DNA of 63,955 bases, counting the filler, from Thelocarpon superellum (taxonomy: Eukaryota), in assembly GCA_026025795.1 (NCBI GenBank). It is 3 parts of 3 records of this genome, joined end to end, with 100 filler letters (N's around TTAATTAATTAA, not from the genome) between each part and the next. Parts side by side here need not be neighbours in the genome. Positions count along the whole stretch, not along the records: positions 22,794 to 45,475 come from JAPEUG010000292.1; 2 more parts are not named here. One strand, written 5' to 3'. Positions within the stretch are counted from its first letter, which is position 1. Every line of letters begins with the position of its first letter. The notes under the pieces are model-generated. The model saw only the letters and a list, made by a program, of their open reading frames with translations, ran no database searches and was not told where the DNA came from. This document shows, piece after piece, positions 25,310 to 37,069 of the stretch. The position numbers were made by a program, and so were the translations under genes.

Positions 25310-26205
25310 TCACAGCGGTACTCGAACTGCGGTCCGGAACTGCATGTCGCTGCGTCAGCTCTACTCTCCTGCCCAGGATAAGGCGTACGGTTCACATCAT
25401 ATGGGAGAAATAAAGAGCCCTCATACGTACCTGAACAATCTCGACCTATCCCGTTACGAGACCAGTCAGCATTATACCTCCGCTTCTCACTCGTTCAAGC
25501 AGCCCAAGCAGCAACCCCCCTCTCCCCTTCTCCCCCTCCCCTCCCCTCCCCGGAGTAAGATATGATCGAGACAAGCCCAAGAAGGGGGGAGCGATATCTC
25601 GCACGAGAAGAGACTGAGAAGACTCACACGACCCAGATTCCAAACTCCACTGACACAATACGTGTCCTGCCGTAACGCATCCACGATTTCTTCTTTCGAG
25701 TCCGCGGCCACGATCAGAACGCTGCCGTTGAATGCAGGCGGTTGGCCTTCTTTTGCTTCGACTGTGTCCGAGATTTGTGCGCCTGGGTTTCCTTGCGTTA
25801 GTGCAAGATGGAGTGTGAAATGGAGGGGATGGTAGATGAGAGAAGCCGGCCAGTTCATACTCGCAAAGGAAAATAAGATATCAAGACGGATGGAGAAGAG
25901 AGGAGAAAAGATAGACCCGCCTACCGCCCAACTTGAGAAACCCGCTATCCACGAGCGGTGCTAAACCGGCGAGATGAGCCCTGCCGCATCGTACCATCAG
26001 CTCCATCCATAGGCACACACTGATATCATGGAGTGAACATAACGCGGACAGACATGTCGTTTGAATGAGCGATGAAGACGTAGAGATATGATCGGACTTA
26101 CTCTCGCACAGCCATGCGCTGCGCTAACGCCCCGTCGTGATCGGGGATGGTGACTAGCCATTCGCTCTTCTTCGTGGCTGAGCTGGCTGGGGCCGCGGAA
26201 GACAT
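25310..26205 (-). CDS. YCII-related (dimeric alpha-beta barrel) protein; 5 exons including a 15-nt micro-exon; an upstream start is possible
   Basis: Spliced EWLVTIPDHDGALAQRMAVRE/AHLAGL...LKLGG/...FNGSVLIVAADSKEEIVDALRQDTY...GVWNLGR/VEIVQ/FRTAVRVPL*, which fits the fungal YCII pattern with its conserved His. Confidence 0.85.
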
Positions 26206-26876
26206 GATCCTCGTGAGGAGAGGGGATATGCCTGATGCGACCGGGCGAGAACCCGAACGACAAGAAAGAGAAAAAGCTGGCTTGGGGGATAAGGTGGGAG
26301 GATGGAGAGGCGGGGTGGATGGTCGAAGTGGAGGGTAGGACGGAGATGAGGGTGCTGCTGGGCTCAAAGTCGACAGTGAGAACTTTTGTGCTGCGATCGA
26401 AGCAAATCCTTCACGCCTGCTATAGGATAGAGGCACGTTCAGGACTAACTGTAGGCCGGTTGGTGGGGAGGATAAACGTTGCATTTTCCCATTTCTGTGT
26501 GCAAAGGTTGCCGGAAAGCTTTGGTGGGGGAACGTAGACTGCCTCCGCACCTACAACGCGAGCACCCCGTGCTGATTACGGATCATCGCCCTCCTCCTTC
26601 AACGCGGAGATGACTTGGGCAGAAGGGACTTGGGCGGAAGGGAAACTACAAGCCCGCTCCAAATGTGAGATGTTCAGTGCTGATTTCTCGTGTCGAATGA
26701 ATCGCAATTCGCCCGTTGCTCGTCCAACCAACCATCCTCGATCCTGGGCCCGAATGACGTATTATGACCCCGCTGTGACCACGATGGAATCCCTGGACCG
26801 TCACCACCCTAGCTGAAAGAAACGTGATCGCTAGTGACAGTGCGGAGTATAGAAACAGGGTGGCCATCGAGGCTCC

Positions 26877-28609
26877 TCACGCTCCGACCTTTTCTTCGGC
26901 TGCTCCTTTCGGCCCGTTGGCTCCGTTGGGATTCTCATCCTCCTTGTGAGCCTCTTCCTCGCCTTCCGCTGCCACCCGTAGCTCGTAGCTAAGCTCGAAG
27001 CACTCTTCCAGTAAGCTGATGACACTGCCTTGTCCCTCGGGAAACTCCGAGCCAAGAACGAACCGACCGTCGACCCGCATGTTGTCGATCGAGTTGAGCT
27101 GTGCATGTCAGCAGGCATGGCGCGACGCAGATGCCTCCACACTCACCTTCATGCTGTAAGGGTAGAGCTCGCGGGGTGACGAGACACCTCCAGATCGTTT
27201 GACCTCTAGTAAGCACCGTCGAAGTGTTTGAAGCTGGTTGTACACCGGGAGCAGAGCCTCCGACACGGGCTCCGACGAGACAATGAGGCTGTAGATGTAT
27301 GCATAGCTGCGCCGGATGAGGTACAGGAGCGTCTGCATCAAATAAGTATGCTGCTCCAGCCAAGCCTCCGCCGCACCTACCCGCTGATGATAAAGATCCG
27401 CCTGATTCCCCTGCGCGTCCAGAAAGTTCCCCTCCACTCGCGCCTCATCGATCTTGTCCAATGTCCGCTGAAACCCATAGAGGTCCGTCTCCCGTAATGA
27501 CCACGCTTGTGTCAGTGTGAGCTTGGCGAGCTGGTTTCGCACGTCCCGTAGCTCATCATACGTCAGTTGGAAGCCGTTGTCGATCTTGCCCTGCCTGCGT
27601 CCATGTCAGTCTCAGTCTTGTGGCACGAGTCATGTCCTCACCTTTCCAACACAGTTTCAGACCACATCAGACAGCGACTCAGGAGTTCGGCGAGGAGCGT
27701 TTGGCCAGCTTCCTTTCCCACGTGCGGTCCAACAAAGTGCCCATCAATCTTGGCGTCCTCGATTTCTCTCAGTTGGGCTTGTAAATCCTTTACTTCTTTG
27801 GGGGGAAACTGTTGCGCGTCAGCTACTTGGCCCTGCAATACCACATCTCCCTTACTTTCTGTTTCGTGTTGGCCGCAGAGATGGATCGCAGGATGGAAAT
27901 CATCTTCTCGTGAATCGGCGCCAGCTCTGGAGAGATACCGGAGATGTCATCGTCGCGGTCTTTGAGGATCTTCTCGCATATGTCGATCCGCGCCTCGAGA
28001 AGCGTCAGGAGTTGTGGCGAGTACTTGTCCTTTCCTTTCTTCACAATCGTCTTGGTGTCTTCCAAGGTTGCCGTAATGGATTCAAGATCTTTCGCGCAGT
28101 AGAGTCGTGCTTCAGTGAGGTGGTCGAGTAGACGCTAGTCAAGGTTAGTCTACTGGTGAAGAAGGGCGGGTGTGGCGTACCTTGAGCGTAGAAGTTGTGG
28201 CATACACTGCCGGCGCCTCATTGTTGCGCCCGATGGTGAGGAAGAATAACGAGATCAGCTGGAAGCAATCATCCAAGACCTTGTCCACTGTGAACGCCCG
28301 TAGAGTAAGCACGACTGAGAGCGCTCATGTCCCTTGGAGCTGTCTGACAGAGTATCTGGTGAACGTACCTCGATTCTGTTCCTGTCGTTCCTCCTTTCGT
28401 ATCTCGTTGAGGCTATGGACTTGCTCGATGATCTGGTCATAGAGTGGTACGATGTCAGAGGCTCGAATGTACGTAGATTTGTCTTGCTTCAGCCGAAACA
28501 GCTGCTCTCGGACAGCCAACAGCTGCTCTAGGATAGGCTGTTCCTTGAGATCGAGTGCTTCGCGTTCGCCATCGCCTTCGCGCTTGGGGATCGTAGACGA
28601 GTCGGTCAT
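26877..28609 (-). CDS. CUB1: UPF0662/DUF2408 protein (yeast Cub1/YPL260W-like); multi-exon
   Basis: EQPILEQLLAVREQLFRLKQDKSTYI, LDDCFQLISLFFLTIGRNNEAPAVYA, AWSLRETDLY, SSEPVSEALLPVYNQLQTLRRCL, RELYPYSMKL and PEGQG. Confidence 0.88.
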
Positions 28610-29130
28610 CGCGTGCGCGGAGCTTGACAGAACGAGACGAGTGGAGGCGTTCACACCATGGGTCGATGCTCCAAGAAATCTCGGAGGAGCCGTCCAACGA
28701 GGTCGAGGAAGGGTGGCTAGGTCAGAGAGCCTCAGTCCTGGCAACATGAATTGAAGTGGCTTATCAGCGGCGACAAGTGAAGGCTTCTGGACCTGCGCCT
28801 GAACGCTAAGTCCCGGTTGAACATTCCGTGCTGCGGGGAGCCCCTCGCGTTAGCGCCCCCGGCTACGTGATGACTGCCCGAGCAGCCGAGAGCTTGACAG
28901 CTGGAACTGGAGGTAGCCTGGCTCGCGGCGGCGTGACTGGACGGAGGCAAAGTCACGTGGCGGGGAGGGCACATCCGCGCCGGATCACACAAGCGAGCCT
29001 ATGGAAATATCGACGGGGCCAAGGCCCCACACAACGCAAATTCACGAATTGAACGATCGTCAATCGCGAAATCTCCACCGGCCGTTTGTTGCCTCTGTCA
29101 ATTCTCTCATAATCTCCACGCGGCATCAAA

Positions 29131-29602
29131 ATGTCGAACGCCGAGCTGGCTGCGTCATACGCGGCGCTCATTCTCGCCGACGATGGCGTGGATATCACCG
29201 TACGTCGCCTGGCCTTCTCCTCTCTCGCCCACCGTGGACGCCACGGGGCTGATCGATGCTGACCTACGCTCCAGGCCGACAAACTGCAAACTCTCATCAA
29301 GGCCGCGAAAGTCGACGATATCGAGCCGATATGGACCACACTGTTTGCTAAAGTATTTGCCCCGAGCTGATCGCGATCGTCCGTCGGCAGCCCCGCTGAC
29401 CGAGACGGTACAGGCTCTCGATGGCAAGGACGTCAAGGACCTACTTCTGAACGTGGGATCGGGCGGCGGAGCAGCGGCAGCACCGGCAGCCGCGGGGGGC
29501 GCGGCAGCGTCCGGGGCTGCTCCGGCGGAAGAGAAGAAGGAGGAGAAGGAGGCCGAGAAGGAGGAGTCAGACGAGGACATGGGATTCGGCCTGTTCGACT
29601 AG
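29131..29602 (+). CDS. RPP1: 60S acidic ribosomal protein P1; 3 exons
   Basis: [34 protein letters not shown]...[22 protein letters not shown]...[13 protein letters not shown]. Confidence 0.97.
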
Positions 29603-29907
29603 ATCGATCTTTCCTGCCTTGCCATAAACTCGATACATCGTCCTTGCCTCTCATCCGCGCATTCGTGGCCTCAGACCACCCATCCGACCGTCTCGCGGTG
29701 GACCCTTCGTGACACAGAGCCTCCCTCCAGATCTCTCGCCAGAATCTCGCCGTTCGCCAAAAGTCTGCATAACACGGTGTTGCAGCATGGTGCATCCCAG
29801 GCAAGGTAGTATGGACACAACTACAACATCGTAATATTCAAAGTGGTATCGCGCAGAGCAAACTGCAGATGGCCTCCCAAATCCATTCATGCATCATCAT
29901 TTGCTCA

Positions 29908-31199
29908 TCACATCACCGCAACGGACGACTTCGCATCACTCTGGCCTGCGTAGAGACGGAATTGGACGAAGATCACCACATCTTCCACCATGGTACCCAG
30001 CGATCCGATCAGCCACGGCAAGTTCGTGATCACGTATTGCCTTTCAATGGAGTGGAACAAGATCTGCGCTCAAGTGTTAGTGGCGTCGAGTAGACGGGAG
30101 CGTATTCTGCTTACGCCTGCGCCGTATGTTGCATTCCCTGCATGAGATGTCAGTCCGGAACTGGATTCCACCTGATAAATCGCGTGGATGACATACCTAA
30201 GATGGAGAGCATGAAAAATAGGAGGGATAATCCTGGCGGCGATCAGTATCTGACCCAGGACGCATGCAAGGCATGACTCACCTTCGCAAGATCGTTCACG
30301 GTGGTTCTTTACGATTTGAGGAATCCTGGCACTGCAGTCCGAGTCAGAATCGCGAGCCTCCACGAGCCTCCCGGGGGGCGAAACGACGCACCCGAGGTAG
30401 CAAACGGCGCTGATGTATCCGAGGATCTGCGCGCCTAAGGCGATGTCCGTGGGCGCGTCACTCGGGTCACCATTGGGGACCGGGTTCCATGCACCGAATT
30501 GCCAGGCCACGAACCACCCCGCTGCACCTGCCAGGCAGATCATGACCATGGTGGACCCGTTCCGCATCCATGTACGCCGGCTGCCGCCAGCGTCCGTCGC
30601 CACATCCGACGGTCCACCATCCGTCCCACCATAGCTTTCACGGCGGGCATGAGAGGCTGATGATCGCCGCCTCGAGCCAGGAAGACCGAGATTATCGCTG
30701 CTGCGCCGGTCGAGCAGGGGCCGGTCACTCTCATCCACGTCGGAGCTGCCCGACCGCGTGATCCGCCGGTGTCGTTCTTTCCGGGCATTGATCACATTGT
30801 AGTAGACGCACTGAGTGATGAGCACGAGATCTGCAAAGCAAAAGTACACGGCGAGCGCGATCACGGTCGGAACGAGGCCAGCCCAGATTGCCCCTGCTCT
30901 ACTGGTCAGTCATCCTGCGCCTTTCGACGAGGGTCAGGCCGCGTACCGAAGAAATTGGTCAGGTCGCCGATGAACCACACCGTGAGGAATGCCAGGGAGA
31001 TGCCATCCGCGCTCCCTTGCTGGTAATTTTCGATCAGCTGGGGGACCTGTCACGCCGGCGTGCCGGCATCATCAGTACGAGTACAGGTGCGAGTTATCGA
31101 GCCGCCCGGTGCGACGTGAGGTAGACGTACCAGTAAGAAGATCCACGCAGCCAAGGATATGGAGCCAAAGACGCCAGACAGCGCCTCATTCCATTCCAT
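29908..31199 (-). CDS. YPQ1: PQ-loop vacuolar basic amino-acid transporter (Ypq1/PQLC2 family); multi-exon
   Basis: ALSGVFGSISLAAWIFLL/VPQLIENYQQGSADGISL..WFIGDLTN, ARIPQIVKN..RSCEG and NLPWLIGSLGTMVED. Confidence 0.9.
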
Positions 31200-31622
31200 C
31201 GTCAGCACGCACGCGTTGAAGGGCGAAGGACGAGGGGTGCACGAGTCCTGCAAGGAACTACCCGCCACATTCTTGTCGCTCGGGTGTTTCGAAGTGATGC
31301 ATCCGATGCGGTCAGCCGGTCTGGATCCCCTTGGTGAGAGATAAGGCTAACTGGGATTTCGCCCACAGGCTACGGGTAGCGCCAGCTAGCCCGGCCACCC
31401 ACCCGCAATGCAAGTCATCCCTCCCTCTGAAACAAAGCCCAGGCCCCTGGACCCTGTCACCTCCAGTCGCTCGGCGGGTGACAGCTCCGGTCCCCTCTAC
31501 CGGTTGAGCACGTTTGCTGGCCCCCACCTCGCCCTTCTACTTATAGAGGGTCAGGTCCGCAAGATAGGGCGAAACAGCACGGGGAAGGACTCTCTTGTAG
31601 ATAGCATCCCATAGCCAGCGGG

Positions 31623-32672
31623 TCATGAAATGACGTCTTGATACGGACATTCTGCGAGATGATGGGCCAGTGATGCAGCCGTGTACATCCTCCCCCAATA
31701 TGACTTCCGGAACTCACGTGTGGACATGTCACCCCTCCGACACCCGCTGCATGACACGCCCCAATCCACATCTCCAGCGCCCAGGTCCAGCCAGGGTATG
31801 CGGAGCACCCCCATGAACCTGAACGGGTTGCTTTCCTTGTTGTCGAAGCTACTAAAGCTGCGGTCCTCTAAGCGCCATTGCACGTGGCCATGTGGGCCGC
31901 TCCCGGAGAGTCGATCCTCTTCCATGTTACGCCGACGCGCAGCCGTCATTCCCTCGGTCGACCCGTGCAGCTTGATGCCCGCTTGTTTGGCCGTCTCCTT
32001 CTCCACGAAGGGAACACGCGAGCGCCACGTCGTCTGTCGATTAGAATACGTGCCCGGAAGACTAAGCAGGATCGGGAGAGTCGACGATGTTGCTGAGTCC
32101 AGGGTATATATCGCCTGTGCCTCCGACAAGGTGATGGGGAGAAAGTGAGCGGAATGCACGAGACAGATGAAGCAGACACGGCGGCAGGAGAGCAGATAGA
32201 GGAATGGGCCAAAATCGTTGCAACCGGCGCAAGAGGCGGTGCAAAGCGCGCGATGTAGCTGACGCGTGCTCACAAACGCGCCGAGTTGGGTGCTCAGATA
32301 GGCGCGGAGCATGGCCGGGGCGTGCGTGAAGATGGCCTGGTAGTGGGGCAGAGAGTCCGTGAGATACCTCGCTGCTCGGCTCACCCCGCGGAAGTTGGTC
32401 AAACTCCGCAGGTCGAGGTCGAGAAGAATGTCGCTGATCAGCTCCGCCGGAATCCGCCCCAGCGGCCCCAGCGAGCCCGGAACGGTCTCCTTTTTCGACG
32501 CTCCGTCCAAGGCCAGCCGGCCGTTGTCAAGCGGGCAGCAGCGTTGGAGCGCGTCGGGGCCGATCATGGTGTCTTGTATGACCGGTCGCTGGTAGGTGAA
32601 GAATCGTAGCCTAGATTCAACGGCCTCTGCGGCGTCAGCCAACGTCCCTCCAGCCAGGAGAGGGAACGCCAT
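31623..32672 (-). CDS. F-box domain protein with Cys-rich (zinc-binding-like) segments; intronless
   Basis: F-box-like LGRIPAELISDILLDLDLRSLTNFRGVSR, followed by CAGCNDFGPFLYLLSCRRVCFIC and a C-terminal CSGC...HLAEC. Confidence 0.85.
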   Translation of the reverse strand: MAFPLLAGGTLADAAEAVESRLRFFTYQRPVIQDTMIGPDALQRCCPLDNGRLALDGASKKETVPGSLGPLGRIPAELISDILLDLDLRSLTNFRGVSRAARYLTDSLPHYQAIFTHAPAMLRAYLSTQLGAFVSTRQLHRALCTASCAGCNDFGPFLYLLSCRRVCFICLVHSAHFLPITLSEAQAIYTLDSATSSTLPILLSLPGTYSNRQTTWRSRVPFVEKETAKQAGIKLHGSTEGMTAARRRNMEEDRLSGSGPHGHVQWRLEDRSFSSFDNKESNPFRFMGVLRIPWLDLGAGDVDWGVSCSGCRRGDMSTREFRKSYWGRMYTAASLAHHLAECPYQDVIS

Positions 32673-33528
32673 GGCAATCGGGTGGAGCCCGCACGGTGCG
32701 AGGAATCGGGGAGACGGCAGGCTCCGATCAGATGGAAGAAGGTTGTACGAGCGTCACTGTTCTCGCTCGCGTGGCTATGCGTGTTTCGCGGTGGCGAGGA
32801 AAGACCGTCTTGTCATGCCCCACTTGCATGTGTGTCTTCCGCTGCGGTGGGATCAGCCCATAGCAACGAGATCGAGGTGCACCGCAAGATGAAATACACT
32901 TTCCGCGCGTCCCTTCGATTTGGCGGGTTTAGTCTACTGATCCGAGCAACGGTCAAGACGCTGCCCGGGCCAGCTACAAATCTTGAAGTTCCAGCCTACA
33001 TCCACGCGTTTTCTGAACACTGTGGAACGCCAGTTGACGCCCACAAACATGCTTTCGAAGACAGTTTCTAGGTCCTCGCTTCAGTCATCGTCGAGAGTAC
33101 GCTCTCGTCCTGTCAAATCATGCTCGTTGGCTCGTTGCAGGTCCCCGCGTGGGTCTACGTCTCGAGGTGGCATTCACTCGTAGCTCCTTGGCGTCGAGGG
33201 CCCCGACAGATGCAGAGAACCACGGATGGCGGGGTCTTGGCATCTACTTCATCAATCGCCGCAAGAAAGGGATCGCACGACTTTGCAGGGTGCAACGAGG
33301 CGAGACCGTGCGCATGCCTTTCACGCCATGAATCTGTGCCGCTCGATGCGTCTTGTGCGGTTCAAAGACGACAAGCTACGCAAGGAGTTCAGGAGCTATA
33401 TGACGGGGAAACATTGAGCTGGGACCACTGCGAACATCAATACATTTCACAAGCCATCGAGATCGCACACTGGCGGTAAACGTTAAGATGGTGCTCTAGG
33501 TACCCTCATCCAACCATCACCCTCGCTG

Positions 33529-34929
33529 CTAAGAGGCCGGATCTTTCTTGGCAGCTTGTAGTCGCTCTTGGAGTTCCTTCTCTCGCTTCGCTAGGACACG
33601 TTCTCGCTCAATCCTTGCCCGCTCTTCTTTGATTTGTTGTAACTCTTGTGCGATCGTCTCGGCGTCTCCACCACTTGCGTCGCCAGCCGTGCGATGCTGC
33701 GCTGCCGCTAGCTCCGCGGAAACGCCATCGTTATCTGGCGGGAAGGAACGGAGCTGTGCCGGTGCCGTTGCCGGTGCCGCCGGGGCCGCGGATGGCGTGG
33801 AAATCGGATCAGCTTGAAGCTCATACGCCTGGGACGGGTTGAAAGGCGCGGCGTCGGCCTCCACGATGGCTCCGGAGTCGGCCTCTATGTGTGGACGAGC
33901 TCCCTCAACCGCTGGCTGCTTCGCCACAGGCTCTGCGGAGCCTGCCTCCGCCAACGCGGTGGAGTCCATCTCCGGCTGATTTGGGGCACTGGCACCCCCT
34001 TTGTCATCCACTAGTTCGGCAGGACCACGCTTCGTGATCCCCGCCCCATCGGCCTCTTGAGGCACATCTCTGTCGCCCTTGTCTCCCAGCTCCGGGTATG
34101 CGGGGGGAGCATCTCCGGCTCCGGGTGCGGCAGAACGTCGCTTTCGCCGTCGCAAGAACATCCATAGCGCAAGCACCGTCGCAATGACAATAACGGGAAC
34201 CACTACGCCGATGGCTGCCTGTGCGCCTGTAGAAAGTCCTCCAGACCCGCCGTTGCCAGACTGATTCGAATGGACAAATTGGGTTGTGGTGGCCGCCGAC
34301 AGGGATGAAGTCGAGCTTGCCCCGAGCGACGAAGAGCTGGTCTCGTTTGGCGAATTTGAGGACGTGATGAGCGGTGAGGAGCTGGAGGACGTGAAGGATG
34401 TGGCGCCTCCGTCTGAACTGCTGCTAGACGTTAAGACGGCCTGGCTTGAGCTTTCCTGCGTGCTGGAAGCAAGCGCGGGTTGTGTACCCGCGCCGGCTGA
34501 AGCTGAACTGAATATACTGGAGAGACGCGATGCGTCGCTGGCCGAAGCAGCGTTCCCCGCGGCGCTGATGGAAGCGAGAGCGGAGTGGAAATCGAAGCTC
34601 GTGGCAACAGGGGCGACCGAGACAGAAGTCGAGTCGGCAACCGCGCCTGCCCCAGGAGCAGTCGACACGCTTATTATAGTGCTGTCATCGGTGGGCGGAA
34701 CAGAGAAAGCAACGGCCATGGTGAAGAGAGCGGGCGACGCCTCAGTGGTGGGAATGTTTTGGGAGATACCCGGGATGCCTTCGAGCGTGACCGATCCGAC
34801 GAGGGATGGAGAAGATGCGCTCCACGCCGGGTATTTCCGGGGTAGGGACAGAGCAATAGCACGGCGGACGAGGCTCGCGGACCGCCATTTCGCAGGAATT
34901 GCGCTGCCTTGCCCCGGGCTAGAGATCAA
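33529..34929 (-). CDS. Single-pass membrane protein with Ser/Thr-rich ectodomain (Mid2-like); 5' end uncertain
   Basis: Ser-rich tract, GLSTGAQAAIGVVVPVIVIATVLALWMFL transmembrane helix, RRRKRR stop-transfer, repeated E-A-D/E-M-D/E-L-x tail motifs, and a terminal coiled coil. Confidence 0.75.
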   Translation of the reverse strand: MISSPGQGSAIPAKWRSASLVRRAIALSLPRKYPAWSASSPSLVGSVTLEGIPGISQNIPTTEASPALFTMAVAFSVPPTDDSTIISVSTAPGAGAVADSTSVSVAPVATSFDFHSALASISAAGNAASASDASRLSSIFSSASAGAGTQPALASSTQESSSQAVLTSSSSSDGGATSFTSSSSSPLITSSNSPNETSSSSLGASSTSSLSAATTTQFVHSNQSGNGGSGGLSTGAQAAIGVVVPVIVIATVLALWMFLRRRKRRSAAPGAGDAPPAYPELGDKGDRDVPQEADGAGITKRGPAELVDDKGGASAPNQPEMDSTALAEAGSAEPVAKQPAVEGARPHIEADSGAIVEADAAPFNPSQAYELQADPISTPSAAPAAPATAPAQLRSFPPDNDGVSAELAAAQHRTAGDASGGDAETIAQELQQIKEERARIERERVLAKREKELQERLQAAKKDPAS

Positions 34930-37069
34930 TTATTGGCCCGGGGGCGACCAGTTCGACGGTCGAGACCCTTTTAGGCTGTCTGAGAGACCCCCGGCCGACA
35001 CTATAGGTCGTGAAGGCCAATGTGATCGGGCCTTCCACGGTCTGGTCAGTTTCTAGTCGGTGCCGGTCAGAGGGCTGGGGGCGGCCATGTAAACCCAATT
35101 GCTGCACCTTGACTTATCTTCCGTCCCCAGCGTGAGAGGGTCGTTGGAGCCGACGGTGCGCACGGGGACTGGAGTGGCGCTAGGACTGCGGGCGGGCCCC
35201 ATCGAGACTAGCGACCGGGGTTCGTGGGCGCTGTCCAATGGGCCCAGCCGCTCAGACGGCCTACTCGGGCAAGGACGAACGACAGATTGGGTAAGAAGTC
35301 TTACCAAGTTAGGTCACGCTCGACTCATGGTGAAATACTCAGGGTCTGCGCACTCGACAGTCCGCGGATAGTGCTCGCGTTGGAGCACCTGTGCTGGGTG
35401 CGTCGGTCGAGGTCTGATCATCCGTCGATGCCTACCTATCCAAGTTTTGCCGCACTAAATGGGAGTTGATCAAAGCCAAAGTAATCTCGATGGGACAGAA
35501 AGGGCCAATGTCTCCGATATGTGAACAGCGTTCGAGGACAGGGTATACGTTTGAGTGCTATGAGTCCACTGGAGGAACGGTGATGACCCGTGACGAGGAT
35601 CGCGCCCTCGCGTACTTCTGCCTTTTGCCTTTCCACACGTCCGCCAGGACTTGCATGAGGGTCGCCAGATTGCTCCATATGAAACGGATCGATCGTGGAC
35701 TGATGATTAATCATCGATGCCACTTGCGAAGGAGTTGATGCATAATTCCTGATGGACGTCAAGTGCCAGATGACGTGATGACTGGGCCGCTGAGGCGAGA
35801 GATGGATTGTGCACCCCGCCGCAAGTCAACAACGCACAGCCACAATCCCCGCCGCGAGTGCTGCGAGTGCTGCATGAGATCCACGTCGCGGCCAACCTTC
35901 GCCTTGCGCGACCGGGTCATTTCCGCATCTCAGTATTCAGCCACGAGACAACGTGCCGTGGGTAGCGGGCGGGTCCCCGCAAGCCCTTGTCGTCTGCTTT
36001 GTCTTAGTCCCAGGTGCAACTATCCACGCGCCATCGTTGAGTGTGGTCCCGAGACAGACGGCTTGCCTTAGCGAGCATTCTGGACGTGCGCTTCCTGCAG
36101 GAGAGCGAGGCTCAGAGGGATAAATTTAGAGGCACTAAGTCTCTGGCGCCGCTACCTCCGGCTACGACGAGTACTCGTACCTCTTTGCCGTATGGCAGGT
36201 ACGAGGCGAGTCTGGTACCCGTTCTCGGGCGACGCCTCCTGCGTCGTGCCGAGCTGAAAGGATCCGATTCTGTTCGCTTCCACTTCCACGTCTACCTAGG
36301 CAGCGAGGTGTGATGAAAGGGACAGCATGCTCCGACGAGGCGGAGTCAGCTCCTTGCAGCAGCGCGCCGGTCTCCGTCGCTGCATCCATACACGCCGAGC
36401 AGTCCAAGCCACCTAGAACCCCTCCTGAGCGGCGTTTGTAACACGCTGTCGCAGGCCTGGTGAGGATCCGGCCAATCATTGACGCGAGCGAGCGCGGAGC
36501 CCTTGTACCGCGTTTTAGTGCTTGGAGCCAAATCTCGACAGAGGATCGGACCGTCGCTCCTAGGAGCCAAGTCCGTCCGACTACCAAGTCCAAAGTACTG
36601 CGGCGCAGGAGAATTATTATCGAGTGGAGGTCCCGGTAGCCTGGTCGTAGCAGTTGCCTGGCAGCCGGTGGCAGATCACTAAGGAAGCTTAGGCCTGGTC
36701 GTGCAGCGCTGGTGTCTGACTTTTCGGCGACCCACACGTCCTGACGCAAATCAAATGGAAGAGTACACACCGTTCAACTGAATCTCGCCTGCGCATCCTT
36801 TCACCTATCTCTCGCCGTTTCCTCTCCAAGCCTCCGCCCGGCCCTAGACCTTCCATTCTATCTGATTCTTCTCTTCTCTACGCTTTAGGGACAATCGGCG
36901 CCTCACCTATCCCCTCGCCCACATCTTCATGTGGGCAAAGGTGATGAACCACGTCTCATCGCGCTGAATTGACCACCTTACCATTGCCGGGTGACGTCTG
37001 ACGGAACGCGTCACGTCTTTCTTTTCGCCGGTCTCGCGCTGAGCCTGCGTCGCAAACTCGACCACCAAG

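Noticed and set aside
32682..33479. Short ORFs between the F-box gene and the membrane-protein gene
   Set aside because: Could be a decayed gene, but I could not assemble a coherent model or recognise a family.
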